Assembly: GCA_043754535.1 (NCBI GenBank)
Contig: JAYUUN010000070.1
Span: 1-37,260, forward strand
Reading direction: 5' to 3'
Length of the DNA: 37,260 nt
Origin: Chloroflexota bacterium
GTDB taxonomy: Bacteria; Chloroflexota; Chloroflexia; QHBQ01
In this document: positions 9,063 to 18,426 of the stretch, one piece after another
How positions within the stretch are numbered: the first letter of the stretch is position 1
How the letters are laid out: each line of letters starts with the position of its first letter
Made by a program: the position numbers and the translations under genes
Notes under the pieces: generated by a model
The model's input: the letters and a program-made list of their open reading frames with translations, nothing else
The model's database searches: none
Told to the model about the DNA's origin: nothing

Positions 9063-10490
9063 TCATCTGGCCTTGAGCGAGACGTTGGCGATCATGCTCT
9101 GGTATTTGTGACCAGCAGCGTAGAACTCCACGCGGACGATCTGGGCCGCGTCCTTCAGCAGCGGTATCGAACGCAGGTTGTCGATAGTGACGTGCTGCCA
9201 GGTGTCCTTCTCCAGCTTCTGGCTACGCCCACGGATCGCCGAGCTACTGATGCAACTAACCTCAACTTCGCACTGGAAGTAGTAGCCACGTACCCAACCT
9301 GGCGAACCCTTGTCCGCATCGGTCGTATAGCTAATTTTGAGGATTACGGGGAACTCGTAGCCAGTGCTGCCGCCACCAGGCGGGTCCTGATACTGCAACT
9401 TAAGGTCAGCCTCGAAGCGAATGGTGCTGTAGGGGCGCACGTCGCGGCTGAGTAGCTGACCGACGAGGATGCCGGCATAGTCGTCGCAGCCAGTTCCCGG
9501 TACGACTGTAGGGCAGCGGGAGAAGATTAGAGCTTTGACCTGGCCGCCCGCCACCGTGTCGGTCAGGATCACACCGGCACTCGGCGGTGGCCCCTTATCG
9601 CCATCATCACCCGGATCGAACTGCGGCTTGCCCCAATATAGCAGGTTGTCGTGGAAGTTGCCGTCCACCAGCAACTCGTCCCAGGCATCCTCCGAGCCAC
9701 CCAGTGGCCCACCAATGCCAGTGGTACTCATCTGCTTGGCGGTGAGGGCGATCTGCTGCCGCCCGTCAGGTGAAGGACGGCGGTCCTGGGCCTCGACGGT
9801 AGCCGTGCCGGTCAGCACAGTGGTACGGCTATACTTGCCGCGCAGGGGGTTTCTGGCATCGGCCTGGAAGGGGTCATCGCCGACCTGTACGCGCACGCTG
9901 CTGACGGTGTCTGCGCCGAGTGTAGTATGAGCGATATCCTGGTAGCCGGGGCAGCGAGTATCATCCTTGCTCGTATCCTGGGCGCAGCCGTGAATGGTCA
10001 CCTGCTGCTGGCTGTACTCACTCTGGCCGCTGCTGTCCACCTGCACCAAGCCCTTGACCACGACTAGTTCGATCACCGCTTCGTTCTGGCTGAAGCTGCT
10101 GGTTTGCAGGCGGCGGATCAGTACGCTGCTGTTGCTGTAGAGGGTGGCGGTGATGCCGCCGGGGAAGCTGAGGCGGGCGTTGGTGTCCTCATCGGTTCGC
10201 ACCCCGTCGCCTTCGGTCAGCTTGTTGTCAGCACTTGCGCCCTTGCCGTCGGCAAAGAGCCGCCATTGGCGCGTGTTGCGCTCGGTATAGAGGGTGGTGC
10301 CAGTGCCGGGGACGCGGCTGAGGGTGGCGGTGGCGGCGTTGGTCGAGGAGTCGAAGTAGCCGCGCACCAACTGCACCACGCCAAAGGCCACGGCGCAAAA
10401 GAGGGCGAAGGCGACTACCAGAGCCAGCCATGCCGCCCAGAAATGCCGTCTGATCGCCTGCTGTTTAGCTGGCTGCACAGTTTTTGCCAA
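9063..10490 (-). CDS. Membrane-anchored FecR-like domain protein with a C-terminal beta-sandwich (carbohydrate-binding-like) domain
   Basis: One N-terminal TM helix, a FecR-like LTEGDGVRT..ARLSF.GG...LYSNS segment, and ELLVDGNF...W at the start of a likely galactose-binding-like fold. It has paired Cys residues. Confidence 0.6.
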   Translation of the reverse strand: MAKTVQPAKQQAIRRHFWAAWLALVVAFALFCAVAFGVVQLVRGYFDSSTNAATATLSRVPGTGTTLYTERNTRQWRLFADGKGASADNKLTEGDGVRTDEDTNARLSFPGGITATLYSNSSVLIRRLQTSSFSQNEAVIELVVVKGLVQVDSSGQSEYSQQQVTIHGCAQDTSKDDTRCPGYQDIAHTTLGADTVSSVRVQVGDDPFQADARNPLRGKYSRTTVLTGTATVEAQDRRPSPDGRQQIALTAKQMSTTGIGGPLGGSEDAWDELLVDGNFHDNLLYWGKPQFDPGDDGDKGPPPSAGVILTDTVAGGQVKALIFSRCPTVVPGTGCDDYAGILVGQLLSRDVRPYSTIRFEADLKLQYQDPPGGGSTGYEFPVILKISYTTDADKGSPGWVRGYYFQCEVEVSCISSSAIRGRSQKLEKDTWQHVTIDNLRSIPLLKDAAQIVRVEFYAAGHKYQSMIANVSLKAR

Positions 10491-10492
10491 AG

Positions 10493-10804
10493 CTACTCTT
10501 TGTCGCTCCTGATCTCAAAGTCGCCAACGGTGGCGAACTGACCGTAGTCAACCTCGGTCGCCAGCACCGCTGCCGCTTCAGGGCCGATGGTGATCGCCTC
10601 CAACAGGTCGTCGAGCCGCCTGCGCGACCCCTCGGCGACGACCTCCATGCGGCGGCCCATAACCGACTGCCCAGCGGCGAGGTTGCAGACGTAGCCGCGC
10701 AGCCCCAGCCTTTGCGCTCGCGTCAGTACGAGCTGGCGGAAGCCCACGCCATGCACCCGGCCTGTTATTATAACGCGCATCTGCTGTCCAGGTTCTTCGC
10801 TCAA
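10493..10804 (-). CDS. acyP: Acylphosphatase
   Basis: ITGRVHGVGFR, LGLRGYVCN, EVVAEG, GP.AA.V and FEIR. The TTG start has a GAAGGAG RBS. Confidence 0.88.
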   Translation of the reverse strand: MSEEPGQQMRVIITGRVHGVGFRQLVLTRAQRLGLRGYVCNLAAGQSVMGRRMEVVAEGSRRRLDDLLEAITIGPEAAAVLATEVDYGQFATVGDFEIRSDKE

Positions 10805-10834
10805 CTGGTCGCTCCTTCAGCCAATCTTCGCCTT

Positions 10835-10843
10835 ATTATACCA
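10835..10843 (-). promoter_or_regulatory. Extended -10 promoter for the acyP...pdp gene run
   Basis: TGGTATAAT on the minus strand about 30 nt upstream of acyP. Confidence 0.55.
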
Positions 10844-10934
10844 CATGAGTGAGCGGCTGGCTGGGCGGCTGGCTATCTGCAATGCACGCGCGCTGATCGG
10901 CACGATCCGCTGGCAGCTAAGCGGTGGCCGCTGC

Positions 10935-12158
10935 TCAATTGCTAGCCTTCGCCCGCATCGCTCGTACGCGAGCTTCGCGCTGGCTGGCAGCGACCTCCTG
11001 GTTGGCAGGCTGGTAGCGGGCCAGGAACTCGGCTTTGTAGCTGCTGAAGCGGCCCGCGATCAGGGCGGCGCGTATCTGGCGGGTTAGCTCGACCATAAAG
11101 TGGAGGTTGTGGATCGTGTTCAGGCGGTAGGAGAGCAACTCCTCGGCGCGGTAGAGGTGGTTGAGGTAGGCGAGCGAGAAGTGCTGGCAGGTGTAGCAGG
11201 TGCAGCCCTGCTCGATGGGCGCGTCCAGCTTCGCGTAGCGCGGCGACTTGACCTGGAGGCGACCGGCGTGGGTGAGCAGCGCGCCGTTGCGGGCGAGGCG
11301 ACTGGGCAGCACGCAATCAAACATATCAACGCCGCCCGCGATGCAGGCCAACAAGTCCTCTGGGCTGCCAACCCCCATCAGGTAGCGCGGCTTGTTGGCG
11401 GGCAGCAGGGGGGTGGTGAGGGCGGTAATTTCGTACATCTGCGCCTTGCTCTCGCCCACGCTGAGGCCACCCACGCCGTAGCCGGGGAAGTCCAGGTCGC
11501 TGAGGGCGGCGGCAGACTCGGCGCGCAAGTCGGGGTAGATGCCGCCCTGCACGATGCCAAACAGCAGTTGGTGGGGGTTGGGGAAGCGGTCGCCCTGCTC
11601 TTGCTGCAAGTGGGCGAAGGCTGCCTTGCACTGGGCTGCCCACTGGTGGGTGCGGGCCAACGCCTGGCGGTGGTAGGCATGATCGCTCTCCGCCGGGGCG
11701 CACTCGTCCAGGGCCATGATCACGTCGGCCCCCAGCAGCGACTCAGTTTCCATCACGCTAGCGGGGGTGAACAGGTGGCGGCTGCCGTCCAGGTGCGACT
11801 GAAAGACGACCCCTTCGGCGGTCAGCTTGCGCCGCCCGGCGAGGCTGAAGACCTGGAAGCCGCCGCTGTCGGTCAGGATTGGGCGCGGCCAGCGCATGAA
11901 GCCGTGCAGCCCACCGAGGTCGGCAATCGTTTGTGCGCCGGGGCGCAGGTAGAGGTGGTAGGTATTGCTGAGGATGATCTGTGCGTCCATCGCCAGCAGG
12001 TCGTCGGGGGCGAGGGCTTTGACCGTGGCCTGGGTGCCAACCGGCATGAATACTGGAGTCTGTACGTCGCCGTGGGCGGTATGCAGCACCCCCCAGCGGG
12101 CGAGGGTGCCGCTGGGATCGCAGCCCTGCAATTCGAAGCCAAGTTTGTTCTCTGCCAT
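10935..12158 (-). CDS. tgt: tRNA-guanine(34) transglycosylase
   Basis: TPVFMPVGT, NTYHL, TDSGGFQ, DEC, GIVQGG, GGLSVGE, PRYLMGVG and DMFDCV, with zinc ligands CTCYTC and HNL. ATG 12158 has a GGAGGAG RBS. Confidence 0.96.
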   Translation of the reverse strand: MAENKLGFELQGCDPSGTLARWGVLHTAHGDVQTPVFMPVGTQATVKALAPDDLLAMDAQIILSNTYHLYLRPGAQTIADLGGLHGFMRWPRPILTDSGGFQVFSLAGRRKLTAEGVVFQSHLDGSRHLFTPASVMETESLLGADVIMALDECAPAESDHAYHRQALARTHQWAAQCKAAFAHLQQEQGDRFPNPHQLLFGIVQGGIYPDLRAESAAALSDLDFPGYGVGGLSVGESKAQMYEITALTTPLLPANKPRYLMGVGSPEDLLACIAGGVDMFDCVLPSRLARNGALLTHAGRLQVKSPRYAKLDAPIEQGCTCYTCQHFSLAYLNHLYRAEELLSYRLNTIHNLHFMVELTRQIRAALIAGRFSSYKAEFLARYQPANQEVAASQREARVRAMRAKASN

Positions 12159-12188
12159 CGTGCTTTGTGCCTCTCCTCCACAATAGAA

Positions 12189-12217
12189 TAGCCCCCCGGA
12201 GGCTATCCGAGGGGCTA
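12189..12217 (-). terminator. Hairpin downstream of the cold-shock gene
   Basis: TAGCCCC(TCGGA-TAGCC-TCCGG)GGGGCTA followed by TTCTATT on the minus strand. Confidence 0.55.
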
Positions 12218-12265
12218 CCGCCTGGTTTCTAGCCAGTAGGGGCGGCAAAGCCCCTGGTGTGTGCT

Positions 12266-12538
12266 TTAGTATTCGCTGCTGTAGCCGCGATCCTGATAGC
12301 CAGACTGCTCCTGCGGCTGCTGTTCGGGGGCAGCCCCGGTCGGCATGACGTTGACCGCCTGCTGGCCCTTCGGCCCCTGTACGATCTCGAACTCGACTTC
12401 CTGGCCCTGGGCGAGCGTCTTGAAGCCGTTGCCCTGGATCGCGGAGTAGTGGACGAAGACATCGCCGCCATTCGGGTGGCTGATGAAGCCGTAGCCCTTA
12501 GCGTCGTTGAACCATTTGACGGTACCATTGATACGCAT
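12266..12538 (-). CDS. Cold-shock protein (CspA family) with a Gln/Tyr-rich C-terminal tail
   Basis: GTVKWFN.AKGYGFI (RNP1), DVFVHYSAI (RNP2) and GPKG.QA.NV. Confidence 0.95.
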   Translation of the reverse strand: MRINGTVKWFNDAKGYGFISHPNGGDVFVHYSAIQGNGFKTLAQGQEVEFEIVQGPKGQQAVNVMPTGAAPEQQPQEQSGYQDRGYSSEY

Positions 12539-12783
12539 GAAACTTAATTCCTTTCCTAATACGGTGCCACTGATAGTACACCTGCGCGCTATGCACCTGG
12601 CGAGAGAGACACGAAAGACGAACGCTAGCGTTGCTTGCGTCCGTGAAACGCTACTTCCAGCTGAGGCGGGCTTACGAGCAGGGGGGGAACAGCATTGCAG
12701 TCTGGCGGGGGGAACGACGGGGATTTGGTCTTACCGTGCAACTTGCCTTACCTTCAGATACAGCTTTACCGCTCACCTGCTCT

Positions 12784-12812
12784 AGTATAAGCCATTCCCC
12801 CCTTATTGTCAA
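12784..12812 (-). promoter_or_regulatory. Sigma-70-type promoter of the cold-shock gene
   Basis: TTGACA (12812-12807), N17, TATACT (12789-12784). This implies a 5' UTR of about 240 nt. Confidence 0.8.
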
Positions 12813-12866
12813 GTTTGCTCCTGGCTGCGCACGCCCGAAATGGGGGCTGGCGGCATATGCGTTGTG

Positions 12867-13844
12867 TTAGCGTCGCTTGCCTGGCTTGCGCGGGAGCGGG
12901 CTGGCTGGCGGGCTGGTGGGGGTGGGTGGTTGCAGCGGGCGAAAGCCCTGGCCCAGTACCTCCTGCGCCTGGCTGACGATCACGAAGGCGGCGGGGTCGA
13001 CTTCTTCGATGATACTACGCACTACGCTCAGTTCGGAGGGGAGGACTACCGTCAGCAGTACTGGCCGCTGCTGCATGGTATACGCCCCCATGCCTTCGAG
13101 GATGGTCACGCCATGCCCGGTCTGGCGCATGATTTCGCCAGAGACTTCTTCCATACGGTTGGTGATAATGATTAGTTGGCGGGTGTAGCTCAAGCCCTCC
13201 TGCACGAAGTCCACCACGCGACTGCTAATGAAGCTGACGGTGAGGGCATACAGCACGTTCGCCAGCCCAAAGTAGAAGCCCGCGACCACGAACACGACCG
13301 CGTCCAACACGAGGAAGGCGTTACCCATGCTCATGCGGGCGAAGCGGTTGAGCAGCCGTGCGCCGATATCGCTGCCACCAGTGGTGCCACGGGCGCGGAA
13401 GACGAGGCCAGTACCCAGCCCATTGAGGATGCCACCGTAGAGGATGTAGAGCAGCGGCTCTTTGACTGCCAGCCCCGCCTTCAGGGTCGGGAAGTTGTCC
13501 AGCACTAGCGGAATCTGGTCTACGATGGCCGAGAAGAAGAAGACAGCGTAGATGGTGCGGGCGGCGAAGCTGAGGCCGCCGAGGTAGCGCAGGCCGACGA
13601 CGAACAGCGGCACGTTGATCGCTAGCACCACAGGGCCGATTGGGGTAGCCAGCAGCCGATTGAGGATGATCGCCACGCCGCTGGCTCCGCCGGTCACCAC
13701 GTCGTTGGGGGCGAGAAAGAGGTCAATGCCGAGCGCAAGGATGACCACGCCGACGCTGATTACGATGTAGTCGCGCAGGATAGGCCAGAGCTTGCGGCTG
13801 GTGCGGCGGATCGGCCCGGTGCTGGAACGTGGGGGCTGGCTCAT
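12867..13844 (-). CDS. YitT family membrane protein (DUF2179 C-terminus)
   Basis: FLAPN.VVTGG.SG, INVPLF, GTTGG.DI, GHGVT...G.GAYT, DP.AFV and EVLG.GF. ATGA overlap with queG. Confidence 0.88.
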   Translation of the reverse strand: MSQPPRSSTGPIRRTSRKLWPILRDYIVISVGVVILALGIDLFLAPNDVVTGGASGVAIILNRLLATPIGPVVLAINVPLFVVGLRYLGGLSFAARTIYAVFFFSAIVDQIPLVLDNFPTLKAGLAVKEPLLYILYGGILNGLGTGLVFRARGTTGGSDIGARLLNRFARMSMGNAFLVLDAVVFVVAGFYFGLANVLYALTVSFISSRVVDFVQEGLSYTRQLIIITNRMEEVSGEIMRQTGHGVTILEGMGAYTMQQRPVLLTVVLPSELSVVRSIIEEVDPAAFVIVSQAQEVLGQGFRPLQPPTPTSPPASPLPRKPGKRR

Positions 13845-15055
13845 CCTTCTCCTTCGCTAGCGGTGGTCATCTCGGTCAAAGAGAGTTCGATCTCGGTGCG
13901 TACTGCCGGGTCATCTTCCACCAGCAGGTGCGCTTGCAGGGCAGCGACCGCCGCTGGCCCACCGATGCGGCCAACAGCCCAGGCTGCGTGTTCGCGCAAG
14001 ACAGCCGAGGGATCGGCCAGGGTGGCGATCAGGGCAGGCAGGGCGGCGGGTTGGCCGCTGTTGCCGAGGGCAATGGCAACATTGCGGCGCAGACCTTCGC
14101 GCTTGGCCCGGCGCACGGGCTTGCCAGCAAAGCGGGCGCGGAACTGCTCCTCTGTGATCTGCAAGAGGGGCAGCAGGGCTGGGCGCGCCGCGATCACCTG
14201 GGCGCGGAACTCTGGGTGGCCGTCGCCTGCGGGCAAGCGGCTGGCGACGTTGGCGTTGTGCGGGCAAACGTCCTGGCAGATGTCGCAGCCGAAGATGTTG
14301 TCGCCCATAGCGGCTCGCAGGTCGCGGGGGATGCTGCCGCGTAGCTCAATCGTGAGATAGGAGATGCACTGGTTGGCGCGCAGGCGGTAAGGGTCGTCGG
14401 GCGAGAGGGCGGCGGTGGGGCAGGCGCGCAGGCAGAGGTCGCAACTGCCGCAATCACGGGGGATCGGCGCGTCGTAGGCCAGCGGCACGGTGAGCAGCAG
14501 TTCGCCAAGTAGCACCCACGACCCATAGCGGCGGGTGAGGATGTTGGTGTTCTTGCCGTACCAGCCTACCCCCGCCTGTTGCGCGGCGGCCCTGTCTGCG
14601 ATGCGGGCAGTATCAGCCAGCAAGCGCGCCTCCAGGCCCTGGGCCAGGGCGAACTCGCCGAGGATGGCCTGCACCTGGGCCAGCAACTCGCGCAGCTTGC
14701 GCCGAAAGATCGCGTGGTAGTCGTCGCCCAGCGCATACTTTGCCACTCGCCCCCGCAACTCGCCCTCCTCCGCTGCGGACGGGTTGCTATCGGCGGTCAG
14801 GTAGCAGAGGCCGACGGAGACGACGCTCTGGGCAGTCTGCATCATATTGCGCGGGTCGGCAGCGGTGCGGGCGCGCTCCGCATCAAACCAGTCAAGGCCA
14901 GTTAGCAGGCCCGCCTCAACCGCGCTGGTCAGGCGCGCCTCGGCCTGGGGGAAGGGCAGGGCGGGGGTGATACCGACCACGTCGAAGCCGACAGCCAACG
15001 CCGCCGCCTTGATCCGCCCGCTCAACTCGCTCAACTGTGCATCCGCTGCTTGCAT
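13841..15055 (-). CDS. queG: Epoxyqueuosine reductase with a C-terminal HEAT repeat
   Basis: YALGDDYH, AGVGWYGKN, GSWVLLGE, CGSCDLCLRACPT, CISYLTIE, FGCDICQDVCP and RNVAIALGN. Start placed at ATG 15055 (leaderless). Confidence 0.95.
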   Translation of the reverse strand: MQAADAQLSELSGRIKAAALAVGFDVVGITPALPFPQAEARLTSAVEAGLLTGLDWFDAERARTAADPRNMMQTAQSVVSVGLCYLTADSNPSAAEEGELRGRVAKYALGDDYHAIFRRKLRELLAQVQAILGEFALAQGLEARLLADTARIADRAAAQQAGVGWYGKNTNILTRRYGSWVLLGELLLTVPLAYDAPIPRDCGSCDLCLRACPTAALSPDDPYRLRANQCISYLTIELRGSIPRDLRAAMGDNIFGCDICQDVCPHNANVASRLPAGDGHPEFRAQVIAARPALLPLLQITEEQFRARFAGKPVRRAKREGLRRNVAIALGNSGQPAALPALIATLADPSAVLREHAAWAVGRIGGPAAVAALQAHLLVEDDPAVRTEIELSLTEMTTASEGEG

Positions 15056-15091
15056 GAGGGGATCGTAACAGAGCGGGAGAAACAATGTCAA
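15056..15091 (-). promoter_or_regulatory. Leaderless-type promoter of queG
   Basis: TTGACA (15091-15086), N18 ending in TGT, TACGAT (15067-15062), 6 nt, ATG. No SD sequence. Confidence 0.7.
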
Positions 15092-15197
15092 GGCTGGCGG
15101 CCAGGCGCGGCGGCTGACGGCTCGCCAACCTCAGCTACTCAGCCAACGACAACTGACCCGCTAAGATGCCCTTTGCAGTCAACCAGCCCAGGCAGTT

Positions 15198-17369
15198 CTA
15201 GTCGTGCTGGTAGAGGGTCAACCACTGGTTGGCCCAGAGGAGATGGCTGGCTGCGGGTGGCGGTTCGTCCTTGTAGAGGATGGTGTAGTCGTAGCGGCTG
15301 CGGTTGGCGGCTCCCACTGGCACCCCAAAGTTGGCGTAGTCGTAGCCGTAGACTTGCGCGCCCGCGTTGGCGAGGACGTAGGCCGCCGCGCCCAGTACCG
15401 CCGGGTGGCCTTTGGGGTCGAGTTCGGAGAGGTAGACGCTGCTCCCGGCTGGCACCCGCTGGGCGAGGCTGGTCAGCGAATCGCTGCTCGGTTCGAGGGC
15501 GTAGATGATCACCGCGGCCTGTCCGTCGCGGCTAGCTACCTCGCTGATCGGCTGCTCGTCGCCGTTGTAGGCAATCAACCAACGTAGGGCCGGGTTGGGC
15601 TGCAAGCTGGCCCGCTGCTGCTTGTTCATCAAGCCCGGTTGGGCGGCCACGTAGCGCACGCCGACTGCGTAGAGGATATCCACCTCCAGGCGGTCGAGGA
15701 AGCCATCACGAAAGTCGGCGTTCAGCTTGCGGTAGCCGCTGGGGTTGACGCTGTTCGGTGGGATGTTGAACACCGGCTTGCCATGCACGATGGTGTAGAA
15801 CTGGTAGATGTTGTTGACATAGGCACTACGCGAATCCTTCTCGCGCATGGTCGGGAAGTTGAGCAAGCCGCCCGCTGGTTGGGCCGCCAGGTAGCTGACG
15901 TAGGGTGGGGGGTCGCTCAAGGTCGGGGCGATCTTGGTCGGGTAAGGGGGGCCAATCTGCTCGAACAGGGCGAGGGTGAGCAGCGCGAGCGGCAAGCTGG
16001 CCGCCAACCTGACGCGGGGCGCGCCTGTGCGCCAGCGTAGCAGCAGGTAGTCCAGGATGGCCTTTAGGCCAAAGCCAGCCAGCACACTGAGAGCCAGCGT
16101 CCCCAGCACCCATATGCGGGCGACCCCGTGCAGCCCGTTGATGCCAGGCACGAACTGGTAGAGCAGCCAGTAGGGGAGCGGCACTGCCGTCTGCGTCTGA
16201 TAGTCAAGCTGCAAGTAGGGACCGAAGGAGAGGACGAGGCTGCTGAAGAACAGGAGCAGCAGGAAGGGCAGGTAGTAGCGGCCCGTAGGGTTGGCGGCGG
16301 GCGCAGCGTCTGCGCTCAACGGCAGGGGTTGCCCGCGACGGTTGACCAACCAGCCGACTACGGCGACGACCAGCAGCAGCAGTGGCACGAAGCCGGGGAA
16401 CAGGCTGCGCTCGCGGTCAGTCCAGCCGCCAGCAAAGAAGGGGGCGAGCAGGTCGCGCAGCCAGGGGGCCGAGGCGGGGGCGGCGAAGATCGTCTTGAAG
16501 TTGGCCGAGTAGAGGGCAATATCGGAGTCGGTGGCGAAGCTCCACCTATCCTTGACCTGCAAGAATTGGAGGTAGAAGGGCAGCACCGGCAGGCTAGCGG
16601 CCAGCCCGACTAGCAGCAGGCTGACGAAGAAGCGACCGCTAAACAGTGGGCGGCTAACCTTGCGGGCCAGGGCGTAGGCCAGGTAGAGGCTGAGCAGGAT
16701 GATCATGTAGAAGAAGTAATACTGGGCCGAGAGTGCCTGCACCACTAGCAGCCCTGCCAGGGCCGCCGCCCAACCCCGGCTGCGCCCACGGCTCCGCAGC
16801 AGGCGATCCATAGCTAGCAGCAGGAGGGGCAGGTAGCCGATGTTCGCCAGGCCGATCTGGGTGACGCGCATGAAGTGGTAGGCACTGAAGGCGTAGAGCA
16901 GCCCCGCCGCCGCCGCCGCCAGCCGTGAGCGGCTCCACTGGTAGGTGAGCAGGTAGGCACCGACAGCAGCCAGCGGGAAGGTGAGCAGCAGGATGAAGTT
17001 GTAGCAGAGAACAGGATTGCCAGTCAGCCAGAGCAGCGGGGAGGCCAGCACTGCTTCACCGAGGATCAGTTCGTCGAAGAACAGGGTGTCGTGGTAGGGG
17101 AAGCCGACCGGCGCGCTGCTGAAGTGCAGCGGGTCGCGGAACAGGTTGTGGTTGGTTTGCCAGATGCGCCAGGTGCTGTCCAGCGGGTCATATAGATTGA
17201 CCAGGTGGGTAGCAGCGCGCAGCGGCAGCGGCCAGAGGGCGACGCAGGCTAGCAGGATGGTGAGCAGGCCGAGGAGCAGGCAGGGCCATACCTCGCGCCG
17301 CAGGGTGTGCGGGGCGGGGGCGGGGGGGCTGTCGCTGACGAGAGCGGAGGGGAAAGTGGCGGCCTGCAT
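15198..17369 (-). CDS. Polytopic membrane protein, GT-C glycosyltransferase-like (YfhO/PMT-like)
   Basis: An N-terminal TM helix, then a DPLD.TW...FPY..TL..DE loop, YN...LL.F.LA..GAYLL, AGLLYAFSAYH, LPY.LLY..VPG and many TM segments, with a soluble C-terminus. Confidence 0.65.
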   Translation of the reverse strand: MQAATFPSALVSDSPPAPAPHTLRREVWPCLLLGLLTILLACVALWPLPLRAATHLVNLYDPLDSTWRIWQTNHNLFRDPLHFSSAPVGFPYHDTLFFDELILGEAVLASPLLWLTGNPVLCYNFILLLTFPLAAVGAYLLTYQWSRSRLAAAAAGLLYAFSAYHFMRVTQIGLANIGYLPLLLLAMDRLLRSRGRSRGWAAALAGLLVVQALSAQYYFFYMIILLSLYLAYALARKVSRPLFSGRFFVSLLLVGLAASLPVLPFYLQFLQVKDRWSFATDSDIALYSANFKTIFAAPASAPWLRDLLAPFFAGGWTDRERSLFPGFVPLLLLVVAVVGWLVNRRGQPLPLSADAAPAANPTGRYYLPFLLLLFFSSLVLSFGPYLQLDYQTQTAVPLPYWLLYQFVPGINGLHGVARIWVLGTLALSVLAGFGLKAILDYLLLRWRTGAPRVRLAASLPLALLTLALFEQIGPPYPTKIAPTLSDPPPYVSYLAAQPAGGLLNFPTMREKDSRSAYVNNIYQFYTIVHGKPVFNIPPNSVNPSGYRKLNADFRDGFLDRLEVDILYAVGVRYVAAQPGLMNKQQRASLQPNPALRWLIAYNGDEQPISEVASRDGQAAVIIYALEPSSDSLTSLAQRVPAGSSVYLSELDPKGHPAVLGAAAYVLANAGAQVYGYDYANFGVPVGAANRSRYDYTILYKDEPPPAASHLLWANQWLTLYQHD

Positions 17370-17405
17370 GGTGGTATGATAACAAGGTAGTTGGCGGGCT
17401 GTCAA
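17370..17405 (-). promoter_or_regulatory. Leaderless-type promoter
   Basis: TTGACA (17405-17400), N18 ending in TGT, TATCAT (17381-17376), 6 nt, ATG 17369. No SD sequence. Confidence 0.7.
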
Positions 17406-17472
17406 GCCGAAGGGCGCATCCCCTGCGGAACGCGCCCCAGTCTCTAGCTACCTCATGCGCGAGCAGGGTAGG

Positions 17473-18381
17473 TTAGTCGTGCTTTGCAGCCTGCTGCACG
17501 ATGTAGTCTATGCCATCGCGCAGCGGTTTGGGCTGGATGCCGAAGACGGTGGTGATTGCGTTGGGGTTGGGCGTGTTGTCAATCGCCAGCAGGTCGAGCA
17601 GCCCTGGCGTAACTGGCGGCTTGCTCAGCACGGCGTTCATCACCACTACGCCCGGCTTGATCATCCAAACTGGCACATTTAGCATCGCCTTGTGCGAACC
17701 GAGCTTGTCCTTGATGATTTGCATCAGTTGCTTGTACTCAAGGTTCTCTGGCCCGCCAATCTCGTAGGATTGGTTAATCGTCTGTGGGTCTTGCAGGCAC
17801 TTGACGAAGACGCGGGCCACGTCCTCCTTCCAGACTGGGGCGAACCGCGTCTTGCCATTGCCGACGACGGGGGCGACCGGGTAGAACCAGAGCTTGAACA
17901 GGTCGGCCAGGTTGTTGACGAACTCATCGCCCGCGCCGAAGATCACGCTGGGACCAATGATCGTGTAGGGGATGCCGCTGGCCTTGACTGCGTCTGCGCC
18001 CAGCCCCTTGGTTTTGGCGAACTCCTGGGGCATATTGGAGTGCAGATTGCAGCCACTCATGTGGATAAAGCGCGTCACCCCAGCCTTCTTGGCTGCCGCC
18101 ACCACGTTGACTGTCCCCTGGTGGTTGATGCTCTCCATCGTCTGGCTGCCCTTGTTCTTGTTGACGGCCACCAGGTGGATCACGGTCGTCACCCCCTGCA
18201 TCGCCAGGTCGAGGCTGGCGGGATCGCTAACGCTGCCGATTGCCGCCTCAGCCCCAGCCGCCTTGACCTTTGCCGCCCCCTTCGCGTCGCGTACCAAAGC
18301 ACGCACCGGCTCGCCAGTGGCTACGATGTGCGGCAACATTGCGCTACCCACGTAGCCAGTCGCCCCTGTGATAAGGATCAT
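17473..18381 (-). CDS. NAD(P)-binding atypical SDR, complex I NDUFA9-like family
   Basis: ILITGATGYVG, VRALVR, VIHLVA, GT.NVV.AAK.AGV.RFIHMS, PSVIFG.GD, PV..EDVA and YEIGGPE. ATG 18381 has an AAGGAG RBS. Confidence 0.85.
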   Translation of the reverse strand: MILITGATGYVGSAMLPHIVATGEPVRALVRDAKGAAKVKAAGAEAAIGSVSDPASLDLAMQGVTTVIHLVAVNKNKGSQTMESINHQGTVNVVAAAKKAGVTRFIHMSGCNLHSNMPQEFAKTKGLGADAVKASGIPYTIIGPSVIFGAGDEFVNNLADLFKLWFYPVAPVVGNGKTRFAPVWKEDVARVFVKCLQDPQTINQSYEIGGPENLEYKQLMQIIKDKLGSHKAMLNVPVWMIKPGVVVMNAVLSKPPVTPGLLDLLAIDNTPNPNAITTVFGIQPKPLRDGIDYIVQQAAKHD

Positions 18382-18426
18382 CGTTCGCAATCTCCTTTAT
18401 CGTCCATTACCATATTGTTCAAGCGG

